DNA of 64,000 nucleotides from an uncultured Gammaproteobacteria bacterium (lineage in GTDB: Bacteria > Pseudomonadota > Gammaproteobacteria > Xanthomonadales > SZUA-36): NCBI GenBank assembly GCA_963753105.1, contig CAVWBD010000011.1, positions 11,802 through 75,801 of the forward strand. The letters are read 5' to 3'. The notes below the pieces were generated by a model that was not told the origin of the DNA, searched no databases, and was given only the letters and a program-made list of their open reading frames with translations. The position numbers and the translations under genes are program-made. This document shows positions 53,963 through 62,612 of the stretch, in pieces; positions within the stretch are counted from its first letter, which is position 1, and each line of letters begins with the position of its first letter.

Positions 53963-54003
53963 AACCGGAAGACCCGGAGTTTCCTCTGGAATATACAAAA
54001 AAA

Positions 54004-54029
54004 ACGGCGGGTACTGCCCGCCGTCTTTT
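54004..54029. terminator. bidirectional hairpin terminator between convergent genes
   Basis: A-run, then ACGGCGGG-tact-GCCCGCCGT, then TCTTTTCGTTTT. Confidence 0.7.
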
Positions 54030-54048
54030 CGTTTTCCTTTTGACGTTA

Positions 54049-54820
54049 TTACCTCAGTTGTGCATGCCTGCGGTTCTTGGCCAGGTAAGCGCGGGATGAG
54101 TCGCAATCCAGCAGGTCGCCAAACAACTCACCGTTGACTTTATAACCACCGCCGTTACCTAAGCTTTCAAAGTCAGCACCGAGTTCGGCAAAGTTTTCGA
54201 AGCCTTCCAGCCATTTGAAGTGGAGTTCTTCACCGCCGCCGCCATAGACCGGGTACCAGTGGTAGATACTGGCGGTGGAACCACCGTCAGACAGGTGTTT
54301 TGACCATTCAGCCATTGCCGCACTCAGCGCTTCGAAAGTAGCCCCTTCCTTGTATTTGCAGTCGGAAAAGGTCAGTACGGAATCACCCGGCGTAGCGTTC
54401 TTTGGCGGTGCCTTGAAATTCAGAGAAGCGTAGTTGACATGGGCGTCACAGCTTACCACTTCGCTGAATCCGGCACGTAGTCCTGCATCCTCGCTGAGGT
54501 AGGCATCCTGTGCTTTGCCCAATGCGACAGCGTCTTGTCCCGGCACCCAGCCAGAGCACGTCAAACTCCTGTTCCGGGCCATAGTAGTAAGGGGTCAGTG
54601 TCCAGGCTGCATAGCTGTCCCACCCCTTCTTGTCAGCCCAGGCGTTCCAGTTGTCGACAGCCTTGTCGAGATCAGCGGGTCCTTTGTTTTCATTGTAGGT
54701 GCAGGCGAACATCTCCACCGGGATTACCTTGAATGATTCTTCATCCTGGGCAAGCACGGTGCTCGAGCCTGCCAATAGCAGAAGGCCGGTTATCAAACTC
54801 GAAATTAGGGTTTTGGTCAT
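54049..54820 (-). pseudogene. secreted two-domain protein of unknown function with one frame change near 54540
   Basis: A signal peptide plus the first domain (..EMFACTYNENKG...YYYGPEQEFDVLWLG) continue as WVPGQDAVALGKAQ... in another frame. The second half repeats the first (..FSDCKYKEGAT...WYPVYGGGGEELHFKWLEG). Confidence 0.55.
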
Positions 54821-54968
54821 TACATTTTCTCCTCGTTAATTATTCAGGCAGGGAAAGCCCTGTGTATTAACTATAGGAAAAAATTTGAAAATTGCCGCTT
54901 TGCTTGGCATTACTGTGGTCTCGGGCAATTGATTCCCCGCCAATCCTGGGTTTAATTGATGTCCATGC

Positions 54969-56704
54969 TTAGCCAGTCAATTTCCGCAACAGTGCCCGGC
55001 TGATAAAGCGGAACTTGTTACCCGGCGTGAAGCGCCCGAGGTTGGTTTTGACGATGCCCTTGGTAAACCGGGTGCGCTTGGAATAATCGATCTTCACATC
55101 CACGATCACCGGCTTGTCCTGCGCGGCCAGTGCCAGGGCTTGCTGGATGCCCGGACCACAGTCCGAATTCCCGTTTACACTGACAAATTCACAGCCCGTG
55201 GCCTGCGCCACACCCGCGAGTTTGATTTCTTTCAATACCGAACAGGTTTTGCGGTTGTAGGGTATCTCCTGCGCCTGTGAAATCTGTGACAACTCGCCAT
55301 CGTTGAAAACGAAATAACACGCCGCCGGCGCCCAGCGAGGACGCCGTCAGTGTTTCCAGGCCGGTCATCAAAAAAGCGCCGTCACCGATAATGCCGACCA
55401 CTTGCTTGCCGGGGTTGGCCAGTTTCGTTGCGGTCACTGCCGGGGTGGCGTAGCCCATGCAGTTGAAGTCGGTGGGTGAAATAAAGCCACGCGCCACGTG
55501 GATGGGCATCAGCTCGGCGGTCAGGAAGGTGTGGTTACCGTCATCGACCACCACGATGGCATCGTCATCGAGTTGTTTGCGTAACTCCTGGAAGAAATAC
55601 GCCGGGTTAACACGGTCTTTGCTGTCGTGTTTCAGCCACTCCTCCAGGTAAGCTGCCTTGTCGGCCCGGATGGCGGACGTCCGGGTGCCACCATCGGTTT
55701 TTGGCCCGCCCATCGCCTGCAGTTCTTTCAACAGCAACTTCAACACGGCCCCGGCGTCACCTTCGATGGTGATGGCGGCGGGGTAGTTGGCGTTGAACAC
55801 ATTGGGGTTGATATCAACATGGATCAGGTTTTGCGGAGGGTTTACGCCAAAGCTGGCCGTGCCGATTTCGCTGAACCGGGTCGCCACCGCCAGCATGCAA
55901 TCGCAGTCCTTGAAGGCGTTTGTCGCTGCGGGTACGGCGGCTTCACCAAAACTCATGCCGGTATGCAGCGGGTGGTTGGCCGGGAAAGCGCTCAGACCCT
56001 GCAGCGTGGTGGCCACCGGCGCATTGAGGAATTCGGCGAGCTGCTTGGTCGTTTCAAGCGCGCCGACGGCGCCCCAGCCGACAAACAACCCGGGCCTGAC
56101 AGCCTGGTGCAGCGCTTGCGCGGCCTGCCTGATGGCTTCACGGTCTGGTTCCCGGGCTTCTGTTGCGCTTACGTAGGGTTGTGGTTCGCTCGTGTCACCG
56201 GGAAACAACTGGATATTGACCGGGACTTCCACGAACACCGGTCCGGGTTCACCACTCACTGCGAGCTCGTAGGCTTCGTAAATCGTGGGAATGATGTCCT
56301 GGTGGCTATTCGATTTTGTAGGTTTTCTTGGTGATCGGGGCCAGCAGGGCGTGCTGGTCTATGTCGTGTAACTGGTATTGCTTGTCGAGGTCGTTACGGA
56401 TGCCACCGCAGATGACCAGCATGGGGATGCCATCAAGGAAGGCTTCGCCAATACCGCTGGCGGCATGCGTCACGCCCGCGGCCGGTACGATCAACAAGGT
56501 GCCGATATGCCCGGACGTACGGCTCACAGCATCGGCCATGAAGGCCGCGCCACCCTCGTGCGTGACCAGCACCGGCTGGATGGTAGCAGAACGGTTCAGT
56601 TCATCGTAGATCTCGGTGTTGTGTACGCCGGGGATACCAAAGGTGTAACGGACGCCGATTTGCTCAAGGGCGTACCGGACCAGCCATGCGCCGGTTTTTC
56701 TCAT
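54969..56704 (-). pseudogene. thiamine-pyrophosphate enzyme (acetolactate synthase-like family) split by two frame changes
   Basis: Three consecutive ORFs give the N-terminal PYR domain (56306..56704), the central domain plus the start of the PP domain (55189..56259, ...IIGDGAFLMTG), and the C-terminal part (54969..55292). Confidence 0.7.
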
Positions 56705-56768
56705 TGTTGACCTCGATTAGGGCCTGTTAGTATTCACTTTGAATCAGTGGATACTAACAGGCCCTGTT

Positions 56769-58413
56769 TCATGGTGTCAGGGGTTGCCCGGTCATGGAGC
56801 GTGCCGCCATGCGTGCGTTCAGAATACAGTTCGAAATAAAGGTGCCTTCCAGTGATTTTAACCCGGAGATGCCGCCACCGCCGAAACCGGCTGCTTCGCC
56901 GGCCGCGATAAAGGCCCGGTATCGGCTCGCCCGTGCTGGACAGCACACGGCTGTGCAGGTCGGTCTGGATACCACCCATGCTCTTGCGGCTGACAATGAA
57001 TTCGCGGAAGGCGACCAGAGGCATGGGCTTTTTGATCCATGATCCGTTGCAAATTGCAGGTGCGTGAACGGTCGCCACGCCATTGCCTGACCTGCTGGAT
57101 GCGTTTGAGTTGCTCGTCGTGGGCAGCCCGCTTGCCGAGTTCGATTTGCGCATCGTAGTGCGCGACGGCCTGGTGCACGTTGTCCAGTTCGACAGCGCCA
57201 CCACCAGTCGTCCGGCTGGTGGCATTAAGCTCATTCATAGCCGCCACCAGGTCTTCGAGGTTGTCGGCAACCACCACGTCTTCGCATTCATCCACCAGGT
57301 ACTGCAACAGCTGGTGGTTGCCGATGAAAATATCCCGTGCCAGCCTCAGGATACTGCGCTCACGGAAGGCCGGGTTGCTCTCGGCGCCAGAGATGGCGAT
57401 CTCTTTCAGCGCGATTTTCCAGTTCATCACCTGCCAGCTATAACCATGGGTGCTCATGGCGATGCGCTTGCACAGCAGGTGCGTGTCGAAGCCGGTCACC
57501 AGGGGTGTGGGACTGAAGCGTTTGCCAGTGGCGTCCAGCCACAACGCCGATTTTGGCGGGATCAGGCTCAGGCCTTCGCCCGGAATGCGTGGTGAGGGGT
57601 GGTGGATGCCGGCCGCGTAATTCCACATCTGGTGCAGATTTGTGACCTTGCCATCGATGCTTGCGACGGCGTCGTGCAGGGTGCCGTCAGCATATCGGTG
57701 GGCGCCGTTGAGAATATGCTCAGGTGCCGGGCCCCAGTTCTTGTCCCACTCGCGTTTGACCCGTTCGATGTCACCGTTGATGCCGCCCGATGCCACCAGC
57801 ACGCAAGCCGGCCTGGATTTCGAAGTCTTGCCCGGTCTTTTCATAACGGCCACACACGCCTGTGATCGCCCCGTCATGCATGTAATAGTTTTTCCACCCG
57901 GTGCTCAAACAGGTACTCGAGCTTGGCGGCACTGGGGTGTTGGCGCAGTTCGGCGATCAGCGTGCGCATCAGGTGTTGCCCGGTACCCCAGATGATGTGG
58001 TAGCGGGGCAGGGAGTTGCCTTCGCCCGACTCGCCGCGCTCGACCCAGTGCGGGATCGGGAAAAATCGGATGCCTTTTGGTTTCAGCCAGTTGTAGATAT
58101 CGTCCACACTGCGGTTGACATAGAGTTCGGCCCATTTCCGTGGCCAGACGTCATCGTCACCAAACTGCGCAAAGGAATGCCAGTCCCTGAGTGCTTTTTC
58201 GGGGCTGTCGTGCACCCGGTTCAGACGCTGGATGGGCGTGTCCACCAGCAACATGCCGCCCAGGGACTCCACCGCCAGTCCGCCAAAATTCTGTTCTGAA
58301 TCGCGGTCAATGATCACGATACGCAGACCGTGATCCAGCAATTCCAGCGCCGCCGTGATACCGGCCAGACCGCCACCAACAATTGCCACGTCAAATGGCG
58401 ATTTTGCGGGCAT
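56769..58413 (-). pseudogene. FAD-binding dehydrogenase (fumarate reductase/KstD-like flavoprotein family) with at least 4 frame changes
   Basis: The N-terminus has FDVAIVGGGLAGITAA (GxGxxG). Later segments YYMHDGAITGVCGRYEKTGQDFEIQAG, ACVLVASGGINGDIERVK..., MPLVAFREFIVSRKSMGGIQTD...GLY and AAGEAAGFGGGGISGL... lie in different frames. Confidence 0.65.
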
Positions 58414-58491
58414 CGTTGTTTCCCCGAAGGGCGTAATTCGTCATAATAGATGGGTTACATTTCTCACCTTCACAAGCAGGAATTGTATCTC

Positions 58492-60270
58492 ATGAGCGAC
58501 TATCGTTTCCCGTACAAGGACGCAGCATTCTTATTGAATGATCTGCTGGATTTTGATCAGTTATGCCTGGATGCCGGATTGGAGGAGGTCAACACCGAGT
58601 TGGCGCTGGCAATCCTGGAGGAGGCTGGCCGCTTTGGCGGCGAGGTCTTGGCCCCGCTGAACACCGTTGGTGACGAACTGGGTGCCAAGCTCATCGATGA
58701 CGGTGTGCAGGAAACACCGGGCTTTGCCGATGTTTACCGGCAGTATGTGGATAACGGTTGGCCATCTTTGTGTGGGCCGGAAGACTTTGGTGGCCAAGGC
58801 ATGCCGCGTGTGCTTTCTGCCGGTGCCACCGAGATCTGGTACTCAGCCTGCGCGGCTTTTTCGCTGTGCCCATTGTTGACCACGGGCGCTGTTGAGGCCC
58901 TCGTAAAACATGGCTCGAAAGAATTGCAGGATGCCTACCTGCCTGACCTGGTCTCCGGTGAATGGACCGGCACGATGTGCCTGACCGAGGCTGCGGCCGG
59001 TTCCGACCTGGCTGCGGTGGCCTGCAAGGCAGCGCCCGAGGGTGATCACTACCTGTTGACCGGGCAAAAGATCTTTATCACCTGGGGTGATCACCAGATG
59101 ACCGAGAACGTCATCCACCTGGTGCTTGCACGTCTGCCGGATGCCCCTCCGGGTGTGAAGGGTATTTCGCTGTTCCTGGTGCCGAAGTTCGTGCTGGATG
59201 AAAACGGCCGCCCCGGTAAACGCAACGATGTTTACGCAGTAGGTCTCGAACATAAGCTGGGTATCCATGCCAGTCCGACCGTGACCCTGAATTTTGGTGA
59301 TAACGGCGGTGCTGTGGCCTACCTGGTGGGTCAACCGCACCAGGGCCTGATGGCCATGTTCACGATGATGAACGACGCCCGCCAGGGAGTCGGTATCCAG
59401 GGGCTGGGCGTGGCCGTGCGTTCCTATCAGCAGGCTGTGGAATACGCGCAAGAACGCCTGCAGGGTACACGCAGGGATGGTTCACGTTACCCGATCATCA
59501 AGTTCCCGGATGTGCGGCGCATGCTGATGACCATGAAGTCCGCCACCGAGGCCATGCGTGGCCTGGTTTATGTGGCTGCGACCGAAAACGACATGATTAA
59601 AACGGCCAAAAGCCCGGAAGACGCGGCCAGGCATGATGCCCGTACGGGCGTGTACACGCCCATCGTCAAGGGCTGGATCACCGAGTTTGCACAGGAAGTG
59701 ACCTATTTAGGCATGCAGGTGCACGGCGGCGCCGGTTATATCGAAGAAACCGGTAGCGCCCAGCACGTGCGGGATGAGCGCATCATGACCATCTACGAGG
59801 GCACTACGGGAATCCAGGGCCTGGACCTGGCCGGGCGCAAGACCGTGATGGACAAGGGCGAGGCCGTACAGGCGCTGCTGGACGAGATACAAGCGAACGC
59901 CGATGAGGTCGCCGCAGTTGATGCCTTGTCCGGTATGGGCGCCAGCCTGAAAGACGCCGTGCAGGCGGGCAGGGCAGCCACGGCCTGGTTGCTGGAAAAT
60001 GCCATGCAGGACAAGAACGCCATCGGTGCGGCGAGTGTCAATTACATGATGCTGATGGGTTTTTTGTGCGGTGGCTGGGTAATGGCGCGTTCGGCGTTGA
60101 AGGCCACGCAGTTATTGGCCGAAGGCAGTTCTGACAGGGGTTTCCTGGAGGCCAAGAACATCACCGCGCAGTTCTACTTCGATCACCTGTTGCCACGCAC
60201 CGGTGCCTACCTTGCCGCGATCGAGGCCGGCAGTGACAGCATGATGGCAATGACCGAGGACCAGTTCTGA
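58492..60270 (+). CDS. long-type acyl-CoA dehydrogenase with C-terminal extension domain
   Basis: 592 aa. TEAAAGSDL..., ...KIFITWGDH, ...QVHGGAGYIEE, ...IYEGTTGIQ are ACAD motifs. Confidence 0.9.
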   Translation: MSDYRFPYKDAAFLLNDLLDFDQLCLDAGLEEVNTELALAILEEAGRFGGEVLAPLNTVGDELGAKLIDDGVQETPGFADVYRQYVDNGWPSLCGPEDFGGQGMPRVLSAGATEIWYSACAAFSLCPLLTTGAVEALVKHGSKELQDAYLPDLVSGEWTGTMCLTEAAAGSDLAAVACKAAPEGDHYLLTGQKIFITWGDHQMTENVIHLVLARLPDAPPGVKGISLFLVPKFVLDENGRPGKRNDVYAVGLEHKLGIHASPTVTLNFGDNGGAVAYLVGQPHQGLMAMFTMMNDARQGVGIQGLGVAVRSYQQAVEYAQERLQGTRRDGSRYPIIKFPDVRRMLMTMKSATEAMRGLVYVAATENDMIKTAKSPEDAARHDARTGVYTPIVKGWITEFAQEVTYLGMQVHGGAGYIEETGSAQHVRDERIMTIYEGTTGIQGLDLAGRKTVMDKGEAVQALLDEIQANADEVAAVDALSGMGASLKDAVQAGRAATAWLLENAMQDKNAIGAASVNYMMLMGFLCGGWVMARSALKATQLLAEGSSDRGFLEAKNITAQFYFDHLLPRTGAYLAAIEAGSDSMMAMTEDQF

Positions 60271-60287
60271 CGAGGGGCGCTAGAGTA

Positions 60288-60935
60288 CTGGAGTTCTGGC
60301 ACTCACGCTGGCAGGAAGGACGCTGTGGCTGGCACGAGGCGGACGGCAGTACGGCACTGAAGAAGTACTGGCCCCGGTTGTCACACGGCAGCCGTGTGCT
60401 GGTGCCGCTATGTGGAAAATCCACCGACCTTCTGTGGCTTGCACAACAGGGTTATGAGGTGACTGGGGTCGAGCTTTCCACCATTGCCGCACGTACTTTT
60501 TTTGAAGAATCGGGATTGGCGTTTGAAACCGCCGAGCGTGGTGGGTTCAGCTGGTTTCGTGGGTTGGACACCAGTATCGCGATTGCCTGTGGTAACTACT
60601 TCGAATTCACGGACCTGCCATATGACGCGCTCTATGACCGTGCGGCCTTGAGCGCCATATCGTCTAAAAAACGGCCCGAGTATGCCCGGCACACGAAAGA
60701 ACTGCTGAAACCGGGTGCTTTCCAGTTGCTGATTACATTGGAATTTGATGAGTCGAATTTCGAGGGTCCGCCTTTCCCGGTCATGACGGACGAGGTGCTG
60801 AGTTACTGGCCCGGCCTGCAACGCATCGATGAACGGGATGATACGGATAACCGGTCACCCAAATATCACGATGCCGGTGTCGAACAACTCCTGGAAGTGG
60901 TTTGGAAAAGCCTTTCGGTTGACGGCTGGCAATAG
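60288..60935 (+). CDS. tpm: thiopurine S-methyltransferase (TPMT/Tpm family); start codon unresolved
   Basis: EFWHSRWQEGRCGWHE...VLVPLCGKSTDLLWLAQQGYEVTGVELS...YDRAAL are typical TPMT motifs. The conserved N-terminus lies upstream of the ORF-track start (TTG 60378). No ATG/GTG/TTG occurs in frame between the stop at 60234 and 60378. Confidence 0.7.
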   Translation: MEFWHSRWQEGRCGWHEADGSTALKKYWPRLSHGSRVLVPLCGKSTDLLWLAQQGYEVTGVELSTIAARTFFEESGLAFETAERGGFSWFRGLDTSIAIACGNYFEFTDLPYDALYDRAALSAISSKKRPEYARHTKELLKPGAFQLLITLEFDESNFEGPPFPVMTDEVLSYWPGLQRIDERDDTDNRSPKYHDAGVEQLLEVVWKSLSVDGWQ

Positions 60936-60941
60936 CCAGAC

Positions 60942-61241
60942 TCAACCATACGCTCTCCTGGTGCCGGCAAGCATACTGTGTGCGCCAGGGTCCGAATCAG
61001 AAATCTCGTACTCGAGCGTTTTTGTGTGGCCGGCAGAATCGACTGCAGAAACACTGAGGGTTTTGCCTTCAACGCCACGCGGGATCTCGGCCATTGACTG
61101 GCACAGCATGCTGTTATATTCGCGGTCGAGTATCGCCTGCCTGTTAACGAACACCCTGACCTTTGTTGTGCCAGAACATCCCGCAACGCTGAACCTGAAG
61201 ATCTCGCCAGCCACTGGTGGTTTTAAAGTCTGAATTAACAT
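60942..61241 (-). CDS. hypothetical small protein
   Basis: 99-aa ORF with a beta-rich sequence and no motif recognised. Coding status uncertain. Confidence 0.35.
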   Translation of the reverse strand: MLIQTLKPPVAGEIFRFSVAGCSGTTKVRVFVNRQAILDREYNSMLCQSMAEIPRGVEGKTLSVSAVDSAGHTKTLEYEISDSDPGAHSMLAGTRRAYG

Positions 61242-61444
61242 GTCATGCCTCGCTAAAAGCGTCCCTCATGCAATGAAGTCCCTTTAGAGAAACAAGAATG
61301 GGTAGGTCTGTCTGTAGAGAACTATCCCGTTTGCATCCGTGCCAGATGCATCCGTGCGAAGTGCCATATCTCCTGATTTTTTAAGCATATGCTCAAAATA
61401 AAGGTATTGCAAGTGCATGAAAAACCGTATCCCTTCGTGCTTAC

Positions 61445-61466
61445 CTCCATATTTGCTCCATATTTG
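61445..61466 (+). promoter_or_regulatory. perfect tandem 11-mer (CTCCATATTTG x2), candidate OmpR-family response-regulator site upstream of the CpxP-like gene
   Basis: Two abutting identical 11-nt units (one helical turn each), 46-67 nt upstream of ATG 61512. A second direct repeat TGCATCCGTGC x2 is at 61332..61357. Confidence 0.4.
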
Positions 61467-61511
61467 GTACCGATAATCCAACTATGGATTAACTACCGGG
61501 AGGAATTCGCC

Positions 61512-61916
61512 ATGCAACGATCTATCGTAATTCTCAGTTCAATTTTACTGATCGTCATGGCCGCATCAGCCGATGCGCGCGGCAGGGGCGGTCAGGGAGG
61601 AAAGGGCCAGGGTGGTTGCGGTCAGAGCGGTTATGGTGGCGTAGACCAGCAGGCTCAATTTCAGAAAGAGCTGAATCTCAGCGACCAGCAGATCTCGCAG
61701 ATGCAGGAAATCCGCCAAAACGGCGGCTCGCGGGATGAAATTCATGCTGTTATGAACGAAGAACAGCGGGCGATGGTCAGCGAACACCGTGCTGAAATGA
61801 ATGGCCATGGTGGCCGGGGCGGTCGGGGTGGACAAGGCGGCAATGGCCGTCGGGGGCATGGCAATCCGGTACTCGATACTCCGCAAGAGCCTGCTGCGGA
61901 GGCCAGTGGCGGTTAA
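61512..61916 (+). CDS. periplasmic Spy/CpxP/ZraP-like (LTxxQ-type) stress protein with Gly/Arg/Gln-rich flanks
   Basis: Signal peptide. LNLSDQQISQMQEIRQ and NEEQRAMVSEHRAEM helical LTxxQ-like motifs. Flanks are GRGGQGGKGQGG and GHGGRGGRGGQGGNGRRGHG. GGGAGGAA RBS. Confidence 0.7.
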   Translation: MQRSIVILSSILLIVMAASADARGRGGQGGKGQGGCGQSGYGGVDQQAQFQKELNLSDQQISQMQEIRQNGGSRDEIHAVMNEEQRAMVSEHRAEMNGHGGRGGRGGQGGNGRRGHGNPVLDTPQEPAAEASGG

Positions 61917-61931
61917 AAGTGGCGGTTCTCG

Positions 61932-62612
61932 TCAGGTGACGAGGCGGTAACCAATCCCGTATACGGATTCGATCAGGTCGGCGCCAGGACTGGCATCGGC
62001 CAGTTTGTGTCGCAGATTCTTGACGTGGGTGTCGATGGTCCGGTCGCTGACGATGCGGTAGTCGGAATAAATCGCATTCATTAACTGGTCACGCGAGAAC
62101 ACCTGTCCCGGGTGTTCTGCCAGGTAGCTGAGCAAGGCAAATTCCACCGGTGAAAGCTTCAGCACATGCTTATCCAGGCTGACGCTGTGGCGTTCCCGGT
62201 CAATCTGCAGACCGGCCGGCAACAGGTCCTTGGCCAAGGCACCAGCCCTGCGCAGCACAGCTTTTACCCTGGCCACGACCTCCCTGGGGCTGAAGGGTTT
62301 GCAGATGTAGTCGTCCGCACCCAGTTCCAGGCCGAGCAGGCGGTCGATTTCCTCCACCAGTGCCGTGACCATGATGATCGGCACCTGGCTTTTGCCACGG
62401 ATTGCCTTGCACACATCCAGGCCATTCATGCCGGGCAGCATCAAGTCCAGCAACACGAGGTCGGGTGCGGTCTCTTCAAAGGCCTGCACGGCCTCGTCGC
62501 CACGCCCCACCCAGTGGGTTTGGTAACCACCGGTTTTTTCCAGGTAATCACGCAGCAGACTGGCGATCTTTTCCTCGTCTTCAACGATCAGGATTGTGGC
62601 CTGTGTATTCAT
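61932..62612 (-). CDS. OmpR-family response regulator (CpxR/BaeR-like)
   Basis: Receiver domain (ILIVEDEE...LVLLDLMLPGMNG...) plus a winged-helix trans_reg_C domain (...IESVYGIGYRL). Confidence 0.9.
   Translation of the reverse strand: MNTQATILIVEDEEKIASLLRDYLEKTGGYQTHWVGRGDEAVQAFEETAPDLVLLDLMLPGMNGLDVCKAIRGKSQVPIIMVTALVEEIDRLLGLELGADDYICKPFSPREVVARVKAVLRRAGALAKDLLPAGLQIDRERHSVSLDKHVLKLSPVEFALLSYLAEHPGQVFSRDQLMNAIYSDYRIVSDRTIDTHVKNLRHKLADASPGADLIESVYGIGYRLVT

Noticed and set aside
55627-56334. 235-aa + strand ORF opposite the TPP-enzyme gene
   Set aside because: It is antisense to recognisable TPP-enzyme segments and has no motif.
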